64,000 bases of DNA from an uncultured Gammaproteobacteria bacterium (GTDB taxonomy: Bacteria > Patescibacteriota > Microgenomatia > Levybacterales > UBA12049), in the NCBI GenBank assembly GCA_964490105.1, contig CAZAZU010000001.1, forward strand, positions 370,361 through 434,360, written 5' to 3'. Below are positions 30,101-38,928 of the stretch, in pieces. The position numbers and the translations under genes are program-made. Below the pieces are notes generated by a model. The model did no database searches, was not told where the DNA came from, and saw only the letters and a program-made list of their open reading frames with translations. Each line of letters begins with the position of its first letter. Position 1 is the stretch's first letter.

Positions 30101-30416
30101 GAAAAATAAGAAGAATTCCATGAATCGTAGCTACAGCTCCAATAACCCAAAAAATTAAGATAGGAATAGTTAGCGGAGTTTTTAAGGTAATTTTCTTTCT
30201 TACGAGTAAGGTTAGCCACGAAAGAATTACGAAAAATACTAAAAAGTCCTCAACTCTTATATAAACCCATGTATTTTGAATATCTAAAAGGGGTAGTTTT
30301 GGGTAAAGCGGAATAAAAATTAACAAAAAGAGACTCTCAAGAAATAAAATATTTTCCCAAGTCCATTTAAAAAATTTTTTAGTCCTGTTATTTAAAAAGT
30401 TCGAGAGCTTGGCCAT
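27189..30416 (-). CDS. fusion of an O-antigen ligase/Wzy_C-like domain and a TMTC/PMT-like GT-C domain
   Basis: N-half RVPSTF, TVSR, R..EWPRAI...GSGYGS...DNNYLRILGETGLLG; C-half YFVADDF...FYRP...YH...LH...RYSY; single uninterrupted 1075-aa frame. Confidence 0.75.
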   Translation of the reverse strand: MAKLSNFLNNRTKKFFKWTWENILFLESLFLLIFIPLYPKLPLLDIQNTWVYIRVEDFLVFFVILSWLTLLVRKKITLKTPLTIPILIFWVIGAVATIHGILLIFPTVSNAFANVAFLSLVRHIEYMSLFFIGYHGMKDRKYLPYVVSVMIITLVAVIFYGFGQKYLGFPAFLTMNEEFAKGTPITLSELSRVPSTFAGHYDLAAYLVLVIPILVSLAFGLKNWFVRILVVVISLAGVALLLMTVSRVSFFVLFISLGFVLLFQKKKLLLALIPVALIGGVLFITLQSSLFDRFKSTVSEADVLVDAATGESIGHVRFVPKEYFKDKIVLQRTVKDQVELADAIRASQKEEVDSEDAIILPYRFIPQEVPILTAVNISTGENLPQGTGYTNLYLSPVVKRANSFFIELPSNAGSSSSALVLRGNFIVKRASAYDLSFTTRFQGEWPRAIEAFKRNLLVGSGYGSVSLAVDNNYLRILGETGLLGFISFLLLFLILGIYTKKIYPDIDSPLAKSFILGLSAGIIGLFLNATLIDVFEASKIAFILWILVGISIATLEMYRRHSFTLLNEIKKSLTSSYAVIAYLFVFCLVLFAPMIGNYFVADDFTWLKWAADCGNCSAPNLFVNYFVNSDGFFYRPGMKIYFYLMYQIFWLNQVVYHFSSLVLHFMAASLFFLIARKIFGGVKLAALAAFTFLILSGPLENVFWISSIGHLFNAVFSLLAILLFIHWEEKKKIYYLIGSLISICFALIFHELGVVAPLLIFAYKIFKDGFMGSIKSLLRKFDYLILWIPILGYLVLRVVSKSHWFSGDYSYDPINLPFNLIGNVFGYFSLGVLGPMSFPLYESLRNFARENIIISLIAVPIPALICWVIYKLFAHRFSSWEKRIIVFGFIFFVISLLPFLGLGNMTSRYSYLSTMGVVFILVIILKKVYGYLEESGKEIAIGFTTVAILVFALFHIIQIQSTLFNWHEAGNKTKRFFISMESQYTSYWSQKDTQFHFVNVPTKDGQAWVFPVGLSEAVWFAFKNDDARVFIHSSDEAALNTAGLSLSHPVFRFTDSGNVIEIERPFGPPPDLIMP

Positions 30417-31266
30417 AAGTACTTATGTAATAACTATTATTAGTGATCTTGCCTAATAAGTAAACACTTTTTGCTTTAGTAAAAAGAACCGCTCTAACTA
30501 TTCTATAGCTAATCTTACTTTTATGTTTCTTATAAAAGTAAAGAATGCCTTTATATATATTTACTATCGCAAATGTCCTACTACTGCTTCCCTGTTCTTT
30601 ATGCATCACCAAAACGTCCGGGAAAAAATAGGTATCAAGTCCAGTCTTTTTCGCTCTGTACGAGATCTCCATATCCTCCATGTACATGAAGATGTTTTTA
30701 TCAAATCCGCCAATCCGCTCATAAACACTCCTGGAAATCATAAGGCACGCTCCAGCTACCCAGTCAACTTTAGTTATCTTTTTTGGGCTACTTTTTAATA
30801 ATCCTAATTTTTCTCCCCCAAAAATAAGGAGAAAAAAATTAAAAAGATTATAAAATTTTCCAGCAGAAGGCTGTGGGGATTTATCATAATTAGATAGTTT
30901 TCCGCCAATTATTCCAGCTTTCGGATTTTCTTTCAAAAAATCCACCATCTTAAGAAAGCCCTTATCTCCAACTTTTGTATCAGAATTTAGAAACAATATA
31001 TAATCACCCTTAGAGTTTTCTGCTCCTAAATTACATCCCCTTCCAAAACCCAAATTTTCTTTGCTTTTTATGAGTTTTATGTGACTTTTACTTGAGAGGT
31101 ATTTCTCAATTCCCTTAACAACTTCCTCGCGTGATGCATTATCAACAACTACAATCTCGACGACCTCATCCTTAAGTTCTTGAGCGAACTGCTCCCTGAG
31201 TGAATCTAAGCATTCGATGATCAAATCCAGCGTGTTATAGCTTAATATTACAATTGAAAGTGTCAT
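30388..31266 (-). CDS. GT2 glycosyltransferase (WbbL-like)
   Basis: VDNAS, NLGFGRGCN, LNSD, VDWVAGAC, FMYMED. Confidence 0.9.
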   Translation of the reverse strand: MTLSIVILSYNTLDLIIECLDSLREQFAQELKDEVVEIVVVDNASREEVVKGIEKYLSSKSHIKLIKSKENLGFGRGCNLGAENSKGDYILFLNSDTKVGDKGFLKMVDFLKENPKAGIIGGKLSNYDKSPQPSAGKFYNLFNFFLLIFGGEKLGLLKSSPKKITKVDWVAGACLMISRSVYERIGGFDKNIFMYMEDMEISYRAKKTGLDTYFFPDVLVMHKEQGSSSRTFAIVNIYKGILYFYKKHKSKISYRIVRAVLFTKAKSVYLLGKITNNSYYISTYGQALELFK

Positions 31267-31820
31267 TATCTAAACCAAGCAGCTCTACCTAATTTATATT
31301 GAGGGTCTTTCAAGCCTCTTTCTCCAATTTCTTTTGCAGGAACTCCGCCTACTATTTTATACTCCGGGACATCTTTTGTAACTACCGCACCAGCGCCTAC
31401 CACCGCGCCTTTTCCGATTTTGACCCCAGGAAGAATTATTGCGCGGGGCCCGATAAAAACATGATCTCCTATTTCAACAGGGGCTGTTATCGCCTTAAAT
31501 TTTTCGTCATTTATGTCGTGCTCTGAATTATAAATCATAACACCTGTTGCTATATCCACATGATTTCCAATCTTTAATTTATCTCTTCCATCAAGCACAG
31601 CCCACTCACCAATTATCGAATCATTCCCAATCTCTATTCCGCTTGAGTTATAAGTAGAAAGAGCCATATGAATCGTAGAACCGCGCCCTATTTTCATTCC
31701 AAAAACTCTATAGGAAAATCTTCTTAAATGATGACTTGGTATAAATCCAACTATCCAGATTAAAAATCCATTTACAAATTCCAGTCCGATAGCGCTTAAT
31801 CTTCTATTTATTTTATCCAC
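31266..31820 (-). CDS. hexapeptide-repeat O-acyltransferase (WcaF/LbH-like)
   Basis: IGDHVFIG..AIILPGVKIG.GAVVGAGAVVTKDVP...GGVPAK. Confidence 0.9.
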   Translation of the reverse strand: MDKINRRLSAIGLEFVNGFLIWIVGFIPSHHLRRFSYRVFGMKIGRGSTIHMALSTYNSSGIEIGNDSIIGEWAVLDGRDKLKIGNHVDIATGVMIYNSEHDINDEKFKAITAPVEIGDHVFIGPRAIILPGVKIGKGAVVGAGAVVTKDVPEYKIVGGVPAKEIGERGLKDPQYKLGRAAWFR

Positions 31821-32946
31821 GTCCTACCTCCTCCAAGACAGCTAAGGTTTGTCTCGCAGACTTTTCCCAGGAAAATTTTTCAATCTGCTTTTTGCCTTTT
31901 TCTACTAATTGCTTTCTTAGGTTATCGTCATGAAGTAATTTTTTCATTTTTTCAGCTATATCCATCGTATCATTTGGATCGACATAAAGCGCTGCATCTC
32001 CTCCCACCTCAGGAAGACTTGAAATATTACTCGTGATAACAGGTGTCCCATAATTCATCGCTTCAAGAACCGGAATTCCAAAACCCTCATAAAGACTTGG
32101 AAGAATAAAAAACTCTGCATTTTTATAAAGAGATGGTAGATCTTCGTCCGATACATTTTCTAAGAAGATCACTTTATCCTTAACGTTATATTTTTCCGGA
32201 GCATTAAGTATTTCTTCATATTGCCACCCGCGTCTTCCTACGATGATCAAGCTAACATCAGTGTCAATTTTAGAAAATGCCTCAATAAGGCGTTTTATAT
32301 TTTTTCTTGGTTGAAGTGTCCCTACAAACAAAATATATTTTCCGCTCACTCCAAATTTTTTGCTCAAATCTTCCATGCTTAATTTATTATTTACGCTTAA
32401 ATTTCTACTAATTCCTGGGTAAATTACTTCTACTTTATCTTTCGAAACCTTGTATTCTTTGATTATATCATTCTTACTTGACTGACTAATTGTTAGAATT
32501 TTTCTTGATTTCTTAGCTGAATATTTTGTCCATTTTTTAAGCTGAATTAAATCTTTTTTCTTAAAAAGCTCTGGAAAATAGATATAAGAAACATCAAGAA
32601 TTGATACTACGCTTTTTTTAGGCGCAAACAAGGGAAGATAATGAGTTGGAGTAAAAAAAACATCAACTGATCTGTTTTTTAAAAGATCAAACGAAAGAGA
32701 CGTAATCGTCCACATTTTCCGAGAAGCTAAAACTCTATATTTCCATTTATCACTTGCTTTCGGTAAATCGCTGGTAGGACTCTGGGGTAAAAATATTTCA
32801 TAATTATTTTCTCTATCAATATTTGATAAATTATTTAAAAGCTCAAAACAATAGACACTGCTCCCAACTCTATTTGGAAGCCCGGTATCTTTGTTATAAC
32901 CAAATCTTGGAACTACCGCTTCGTAGCCATTAATTCCTATTTTCAT
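31813..32946 (-). CDS. GT4 glycosyltransferase (MtfB-like)
   Basis: FVGTLQPRKN, YEGFGIPVLEAM, SLPEVGG. Confidence 0.92.
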   Translation of the reverse strand: MKIGINGYEAVVPRFGYNKDTGLPNRVGSSVYCFELLNNLSNIDRENNYEIFLPQSPTSDLPKASDKWKYRVLASRKMWTITSLSFDLLKNRSVDVFFTPTHYLPLFAPKKSVVSILDVSYIYFPELFKKKDLIQLKKWTKYSAKKSRKILTISQSSKNDIIKEYKVSKDKVEVIYPGISRNLSVNNKLSMEDLSKKFGVSGKYILFVGTLQPRKNIKRLIEAFSKIDTDVSLIIVGRRGWQYEEILNAPEKYNVKDKVIFLENVSDEDLPSLYKNAEFFILPSLYEGFGIPVLEAMNYGTPVITSNISSLPEVGGDAALYVDPNDTMDIAEKMKKLLHDDNLRKQLVEKGKKQIEKFSWEKSARQTLAVLEEVGRG

Positions 32947-33059
32947 GCTCTTTCGCTCCTTCTTATCATTCTCATACCTACTTCAATATTTTCTTTTCCG
33001 AAACTCGCTTGGAGCTTCAGAAGCATGACCCTTCCGAAATTTCCATGAATGAGGGTCAT
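32943..33059 (-). CDS. candidate 38-aa bridging micro-ORF (MTLIHGNFGRVMLLKLQASFGKENIEVGMRMIRRSERA)
   Basis: Its ATG overlaps the TGA of 33056..33589 and its TGA overlaps the ATG of 31813..32946; no internal stop (hand translated). Confidence 0.4.
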   Translation of the reverse strand: MTLIHGNFGRVMLLKLQASFGKENIEVGMRMIRRSERA

Positions 33060-33589
33060 ATTGCAGGATATATTACTTTTATTTTATTTGAATCAATTTT
33101 TAAAATCTCCTCTATGTCTTTTTTACTAGATTCTGAAATTGTAAAAACAATACTTGACTCCTTTTTTAACCATTTTATTTTTCTTTTTTGAGTATCGATT
33201 ATTTTCCCTGCAGTTTCTTCTGGATTTTTATAAATTATTAGGTCGTATATGATTGTCGCCTTCTTCGCTTTTTTAGTAGGAGGCTCTGTCCAGTCAGATG
33301 TAATAAAAATATCAATGTCTCCGATTAACCATTCCACAGGAAGGATGTGCAATCTGTTCCAGAGCTGGTCTAGTAAAATTGGCGGGAACTTAAATGTTTT
33401 AATTGTAACTCTCGGGCTACTCTGAATATTAAATAGAGAAAGATCCAAATCCCGTCTTAAAGAAGAAAAAAACAATACGTACTCATTGTTCTTATCTTCT
33501 TTAAGTAAGTTTTCAACTAAATTTATCAGGTAATTTGAAACACCAGTTTTTGAATAAACAACCTGACTGACATCAATTCCAATTCTCAT
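33056..33589 (-). CDS. stand-alone N-terminal (acceptor-binding) half of a GT4 glycosyltransferase
   Basis: [25 protein letters not shown], ends at VIYPAI; no C-terminal ExFG domain follows. Confidence 0.75.
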   Translation of the reverse strand: MRIGIDVSQVVYSKTGVSNYLINLVENLLKEDKNNEYVLFFSSLRRDLDLSLFNIQSSPRVTIKTFKFPPILLDQLWNRLHILPVEWLIGDIDIFITSDWTEPPTKKAKKATIIYDLIIYKNPEETAGKIIDTQKRKIKWLKKESSIVFTISESSKKDIEEILKIDSNKIKVIYPAI

Positions 33590-33817
33590 TTATTTATTAT
33601 GACGGAGTTTTATTAAATTTAAAATGACTGCAAATGAAAAGAATAAAAATGCGAACCAAACAAGTCTTTGCGCCGTAAAAAACACCCACTGAGAAAAAAG
33701 AGGAACAGATATTCCGATGCATATCAAGCCTGCAATAGCAAAATACCTTGGATCTCTTTTGATTAAGAGCAGTAAAAAAACGGCAATAAACAGTAAATCC
33801 TGCGGTTTAAAATCCAT
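33590..33817 (-). CDS. small membrane protein
   Basis: 75 aa, about 3 hydrophobic helices, tightly packed between neighbours. Confidence 0.7.
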   Translation of the reverse strand: MDFKPQDLLFIAVFLLLLIKRDPRYFAIAGLICIGISVPLFSQWVFFTAQRLVWFAFLFFSFAVILNLIKLRHNK

Positions 33818-33823
33818 TTGAAT

Positions 33824-34750
33824 CTAGCTGGAATATTTTAAGAGAATTTTAGAATCGTTTTCATTTTTGCTGTTTATGTTAAGAACTAAATCTGCAATTA
33901 ACCCTGTAAACCCTGCCTGAAGACCAGAAATAATTAGAAGCATTCCAAGGAAAAGTAATGGACGTCTTCCTATTGACTCTCCCTGAAAATGAATAAATGA
34001 AAGATAAAGGAGGATTATTAATCCAAGAAAAACTAAAGCTCCTCCAAAAAATCCGAAGAAATGAAGCGGGCGCTTACTGTATTTGCTTAAAAAAACCATT
34101 GTCATCATATCTGGCATTTGAGTAAGAACTTTTATAGCACCGTATTTACTCTTTCCCCATTTTCTTACATCATGAACAACAGGAACCTCTGTGACACGAA
34201 ACCCTTCCTGCGCTACTAAAAGCGGTATGAATCTGTGCATTCCACCATATAAATTTACAGATTTCGCAGCTTCACTAATATATAATTTCAAACCACAATT
34301 ATAGTCATGAAGTCTAACTCCCCAGAAAGTTGAAGCGACTAAATTAAAGACCTTTGAAAAAATAATTTTCGCAAGCGAATCTTTTCTGTCTTTTCTCCAG
34401 CCAGAAACCATATCAAATCCTTCTTTATGTTTTTCAATTAGCTTGTGGACCTCTGACGGCTTGTCCTGAAGATCAGCGTCCATTGTAACGATCAGATCCC
34501 CTTTAGCTTTTTGAAATCCAAAAGTTAATGCTTCTGCCTTTCCATGATTTCTCCTAAATGAATAGATTCTGACATTTGAGTCTTTTTTTTCTAGATCTTT
34601 AATAAGTTCAAGTGTTTTATCCTGTGAACCATCATCAATAAAAATTATTTCGTATTCTTTAGATAAAATTTTTGCGTGCTTTAATAACTCTTCGTAAAAA
34701 TGAAGAACACTTTCCTCTTCGTTAAAAACTGGTACTACATAACTAATCAT
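33824..34750 (-). CDS. polyprenol-phosphate glycosyltransferase (GT2, ArnC/GtrB-like)
   Basis: VPVFNEE, DDGSQD, RNHGKAEA, MDADLQD, HDYNCGLK, HRFIP, two C-terminal TMs. Confidence 0.9.
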   Translation of the reverse strand: MISYVVPVFNEEESVLHFYEELLKHAKILSKEYEIIFIDDGSQDKTLELIKDLEKKDSNVRIYSFRRNHGKAEALTFGFQKAKGDLIVTMDADLQDKPSEVHKLIEKHKEGFDMVSGWRKDRKDSLAKIIFSKVFNLVASTFWGVRLHDYNCGLKLYISEAAKSVNLYGGMHRFIPLLVAQEGFRVTEVPVVHDVRKWGKSKYGAIKVLTQMPDMMTMVFLSKYSKRPLHFFGFFGGALVFLGLIILLYLSFIHFQGESIGRRPLLFLGMLLIISGLQAGFTGLIADLVLNINSKNENDSKILLKYSS

Positions 34751-34782
34751 AATTTTTGGAGTTTCAAACCTAATTTTATCAT
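34747..34782 (-). other. candidate 11-aa bridging micro-ORF (MIKLGLKLQKL)
   Basis: ATGA overlap with the upstream stop and ATGA overlap with the downstream start; the same bases also contain a TGATAAAAT extended -10-like motif. Confidence 0.3.
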
Positions 34783-36815
34783 TTCCTGTCTCTTTTTGCT
34801 AAATTTATAATTAAGAAAAGAATAATTACCACAAAAGCTGACAGACTCACTATAATCCCTTTATTAACCCAATCTTGAGGTTTGTAGTAGACTTTTAGGT
34901 TATAGTTGCCATCTCTGGGTAGGATAAAACTATTGATTTTATTTTTATATACAGCGCTACCAATCACCATATCCCCGTCTACCGCAACCCAACCAGGGTC
35001 ATAATTTTCAGAAAAAATTACCGAATCTCCTCTTCTGCCTCCTTCAATATTAATTCTGTATTCAACAGGATTAATGTACTGATATTTTATTTTTGCATCG
35101 ATATTTTCAGAACCAGAATTAAAAATATAAAAACGGCTTTTTGGCTGCTTAACCTCAAATAAAACTAATTTCCCGAATTTACTTTTTTCTTCTAAAAAAC
35201 TCGATTTTCTAAGACTATTAATAGTATTTTCGTATAAAACGATATCAGGATTTCCATCATTCACAAAAATCTGGTTATTAATATCATCTGGTACCACTAT
35301 ATATTTAACTGAAGAAAGATCCACCAATCTCCTATCTAAACTGACCTGGTTAACTAGTTTTTTGTTGTCATAAATTTCATACAATGCGCGGGCAGGAATA
35401 ATTGGATTCGTAGGTGAGTAATAGGAATAAGGAGTAAAATTTGGAACCCAAAGAGTTCGATAATAATCTTTATCTTTAATCAGATAATTTGCCAGATCAA
35501 CATAGTTCCCGGGGATACTCCTAGAAGTAAATGTCCCCGTTAAGCCTCCCGTAAACGTCTGGTGAATCAATAAACCCCAAATTACAATAAAAATTAATAT
35601 TAAAATTTCTTGATTTAAGGGTTTTGACTTAATCTTTATTAGCTTTGAAAGTAGGAAAATACTATATGGTATAAGAACTGAATAAGCGACAGCTATTAAG
35701 CCATACCATTTTGTAGGATCTCGAAACATCAGAAATCCTGGGATATTGTTAAACAACCATAGGTATATGTTTCCAAACGGAGCCGTAGAACCCTTAGCCA
35801 GAAAAATACCTAAGATCCCGATAGCTAAAAATGTTAGAACAATTCTCTTCTCAAGTAAATTTCTGGTGTTAAGTAAAATTAAGCTCAAAAATCCAATCAG
35901 GGGAATTAGCAAAAATTCCGGACGCATAAAGTGTGTTTTTCCAAAAATATTTTCAGGCCAATTAGGATGAAGCAGTGAAATTGTGTTCTCTAATCGAGCA
36001 AAACTTAAATAATCAACCATACCTTGATTTGTATAAGATTCTCCTAAATTACTTAAAGGATTTTGCCCTGTAAGAACGAATGGAACAATCCAAAAGAAAT
36101 TTAAAAACACAATTACAATTCCAGGAACTATCAAAAATGAAACTAGAGTTTCTTTTAAGCTTTTAAAGAAATTATTGCTCAAAAGAAAAATAATGTAATA
36201 AATACCTACTATAAATAATGATATGTAACCAATTCTGGGATCGATCATCAACTGAACAGAATATAAAATCCCAGCGACAATTGAGATAGCTATAATCTGT
36301 TTTGAAGCTAAGTTTTTTAAAATGTTCGCAAAACCAAACAAAACTAGTGGGATTAGTGAGTATGCTACCCCAACACCTATTTGACCGCCTCCAATCGTCA
36401 TTAGAATATATGTATTTGTTGTAAATATCAGAACAGACAATGCGGCAAGTGCATTGTTATTTATAATTATTTTTTTAAAAAAAACGAATGATCCGATAAG
36501 CGAGAGCAATAAAAATGGAAAATACCAAACAATTTTTTCCGAAATATTCCATTCAAATCCTGCCAGTTTTAAAAGAATTGCCGGAGCAAGTTGCGCATAT
36601 GTGCTTAAGGGAAGCAAAAACGTTATATTATTACCCATTCCATTAGAAAAATTAGCATCCCATGCATAAAAATAAAGCGGAGAAGAAGAGATAGCTTGGG
36701 GAAATTTAAAAGTCCAATCGCCCGTTGATAAAGATTCCAATGAAAACCAGGATCTAAAAATAAATATTACTAATAAAGTAATAATTAGCACTACTATTTT
36801 CCCAATTCTACTCAT
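34779..36815 (-). CDS. polytopic membrane protein, GT-C-like (AftD/YfhO-like architecture)
   Basis: GDW first loop, many TMs, PGFLMFRDPTKW, FSENYDPGW extracellular domain, C-terminal TM. Confidence 0.6.
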   Translation of the reverse strand: MSRIGKIVVLIITLLVIFIFRSWFSLESLSTGDWTFKFPQAISSSPLYFYAWDANFSNGMGNNITFLLPLSTYAQLAPAILLKLAGFEWNISEKIVWYFPFLLLSLIGSFVFFKKIIINNNALAALSVLIFTTNTYILMTIGGGQIGVGVAYSLIPLVLFGFANILKNLASKQIIAISIVAGILYSVQLMIDPRIGYISLFIVGIYYIIFLLSNNFFKSLKETLVSFLIVPGIVIVFLNFFWIVPFVLTGQNPLSNLGESYTNQGMVDYLSFARLENTISLLHPNWPENIFGKTHFMRPEFLLIPLIGFLSLILLNTRNLLEKRIVLTFLAIGILGIFLAKGSTAPFGNIYLWLFNNIPGFLMFRDPTKWYGLIAVAYSVLIPYSIFLLSKLIKIKSKPLNQEILILIFIVIWGLLIHQTFTGGLTGTFTSRSIPGNYVDLANYLIKDKDYYRTLWVPNFTPYSYYSPTNPIIPARALYEIYDNKKLVNQVSLDRRLVDLSSVKYIVVPDDINNQIFVNDGNPDIVLYENTINSLRKSSFLEEKSKFGKLVLFEVKQPKSRFYIFNSGSENIDAKIKYQYINPVEYRINIEGGRRGDSVIFSENYDPGWVAVDGDMVIGSAVYKNKINSFILPRDGNYNLKVYYKPQDWVNKGIIVSLSAFVVIILFLIINLAKRDRK

Positions 36816-36821
36816 ATCAGA

Positions 36822-37895
36822 TCAGGACTTAAAGAAATATTCCCGACTAAGTTCATTATATTTCTTTTTTTTAAAAATAAAGTAATCAATTATTATACTT
36901 TTTTTATATAAAGGATATAAGGGATGCTGAGAACCTTTAATTCTGAATGCAGCTTTTTTTCTTCGCTTATATATTTGAGGAAGTAGGACGATAAGAGAAA
37001 AATAAGCCTTAATTACTGCCAATGCATTAAGCGGCAACCTATCATTAACTAAATAATACCAAAAAGCCACTGAATCTAAGATAACCCTAAAAGGCAGATA
37101 TCGAAGCAACTGAAGCAACGTATAATTTTTAAAAATCAAAATAATGTGATTTCTGTGATGTAGGAATACTTTTTTGGGTGACTTATTTCCAAAAGTACCC
37201 GAGCCATAGTGATATACAACAGATTTTGGAATATATACTAATCTATACCCAAAATAACTCATCCTCCAACATAAATCCACCTCTTCACCATAAAGAAAAA
37301 ACATTTCATCGAGTAACCCGACTTTTTTTATTACATCAATTTTTGTTATCAAACAATTTCCAGACGTCCAAGCTACATCAACAATATCATCATATTGCCC
37401 GCGATCTTTTTCAATTGAAAAAAATATTCTTCCCCTGCAAAATGGATATCCAAAAACATCCATATATCCACCACCCGCACCTGCATATTCAAACATAGAC
37501 TTATCCCTCATGGACTTTATTTTTGGTTGACATGCACCCACATCTGGATGCTCTTCCATATATTTAATAATCGGATTAAGCCAATTTTTAGTCACTAGTG
37601 TATCGTCATTTAAAAGAACAACATATCCTTTTTTTATTCTTTTTAAAGCATAATTACATCCACTCGCAAAACCTCTGTTATTTTTTAAACGATAAAAAGT
37701 TAGCTTCTTATTATTCTTGTATTCGTTATAAAATTTTTCATATGCCGATTTTTCAGAGTTATTATCTACGAGGTATATGTGAATATTTTTATAATTTGAG
37801 GTAAGTACTGTATCTATACATTTACCAATGAATTTAAATTGATTTGTAGTAATTATGACTACGCTAACAAGAGGGTCTCTCCTTGATGACTTCAT
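36822..37895 (-). CDS. GT2 glycosyltransferase
   Basis: VDNNS, NRGFASGCN, LNDD, FEYAGAGGG, YGEEVDLCWR; start taken at the ATGA overlap (37895). Confidence 0.88.
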   Translation of the reverse strand: MKSSRRDPLVSVVIITTNQFKFIGKCIDTVLTSNYKNIHIYLVDNNSEKSAYEKFYNEYKNNKKLTFYRLKNNRGFASGCNYALKRIKKGYVVLLNDDTLVTKNWLNPIIKYMEEHPDVGACQPKIKSMRDKSMFEYAGAGGGYMDVFGYPFCRGRIFFSIEKDRGQYDDIVDVAWTSGNCLITKIDVIKKVGLLDEMFFLYGEEVDLCWRMSYFGYRLVYIPKSVVYHYGSGTFGNKSPKKVFLHHRNHIILIFKNYTLLQLLRYLPFRVILDSVAFWYYLVNDRLPLNALAVIKAYFSLIVLLPQIYKRRKKAAFRIKGSQHPLYPLYKKSIIIDYFIFKKKKYNELSREYFFKS

Positions 37896-38923
37896 ATCAA
37901 CTTCTTCTTCCAAGTAACAGGGGTATTTTTATGGACCAATTCTAAGTTGTCTAAATATTTAAACTCCTGTGGGCCTTTTTGCCTAGCCCAATTAACCATT
38001 CTCCCAATGCCCTCCTCCAAAGTAACTCTTTGCTTAAATCCTAAGAGCTTTTCTGCTTTATCGACTGTACACCATGCATAACTTACTTCTTGCGGTCTAA
38101 GAGGAATGTATTTCGGTGTTAGATATTTTGGGATTTTGCGATCTGGATAAAAAGCTTTCAATACGGCCTTTGAAAGCTGATTAATGCTAACTTCATCCTT
38201 AGGTCCTATATTAATAATTTCTCCGTTGCATCTTGGGCTGAATCCTGCTTTTACAAAATATGGAACTAAATCATCGATATGAGTAAATGATCTTTTTTGC
38301 CTGCCGCTTCCGTAAATATAATAATGCTTATCTAAAAGCAATCTGTTTATAAATATTGCTACCACATTCCGATATGGATCAGCTAAATTCTGTCTTTCTC
38401 CATAGACATTATGCGGCCTAATGATTGTATACTTAAAACCATACACTTTACTTAAAACCTCAGTTGCATTTTCCATTGCAGCTTTTGCAATACCATATAT
38501 ATCATCAGGTCTTCTAGGCATATCTTCAGAAAAAGGAGGCTTCTGAGACCCGTAGACACTCATTGAGCTTGTCAGTATGACTTTTTCAAGTCCATTTTTA
38601 ATAGAAGGAATTAAAACATTTAAATATGCGTTATAATTTCTCTGCGTTGAAGATAGCGGAGTAAACTGACTTCTTCCCTCTGCAGCATCTGCAGCCAAAT
38701 GAAAAACATATTGTGGTTTTATTTTGTCAATATATTTCTCAACATCTTTCTCCAAACGAAGGTCTAAATTTGTAAATTTACTTTTTGGATTTATGTTCTC
38801 CAGGTAACCACCAGATAAATCATCAACTGAAAATACTTCATGCCCTAAGTCTATTAATGAATCTACGAGATGACTTCCGATAAACCCTGCAGCTCCTGTA
38901 ACTAAAATTTTTTTCTTTTTCAT
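37892..38923 (-). CDS. NAD-dependent nucleotide-sugar epimerase/dehydratase (extended SDR)
   Basis: TGAAGFIG, HLAA, SSMSVYG, YGIAK, HNVYG. Confidence 0.9.
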   Translation of the reverse strand: MKKKKILVTGAAGFIGSHLVDSLIDLGHEVFSVDDLSGGYLENINPKSKFTNLDLRLEKDVEKYIDKIKPQYVFHLAADAAEGRSQFTPLSSTQRNYNAYLNVLIPSIKNGLEKVILTSSMSVYGSQKPPFSEDMPRRPDDIYGIAKAAMENATEVLSKVYGFKYTIIRPHNVYGERQNLADPYRNVVAIFINRLLLDKHYYIYGSGRQKRSFTHIDDLVPYFVKAGFSPRCNGEIINIGPKDEVSINQLSKAVLKAFYPDRKIPKYLTPKYIPLRPQEVSYAWCTVDKAEKLLGFKQRVTLEEGIGRMVNWARQKGPQEFKYLDNLELVHKNTPVTWKKKLI

Positions 38924-38928
38924 AATTT

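Noticed and set aside
27239-30219. Alternate-frame minus-strand ORFs inside the 1075-aa gene (27239..27517, 29542..29748, 29812..30219)
   Set aside because: They are nested in a continuous reading frame, have atypical composition and give no sign of a frameshift
32947-33055. Frameshifted C-terminal remnant of the half GT4
   Set aside because: The gap is too short, and the open frame has no GT4 C-domain motifs such as VG...KN or EGFG
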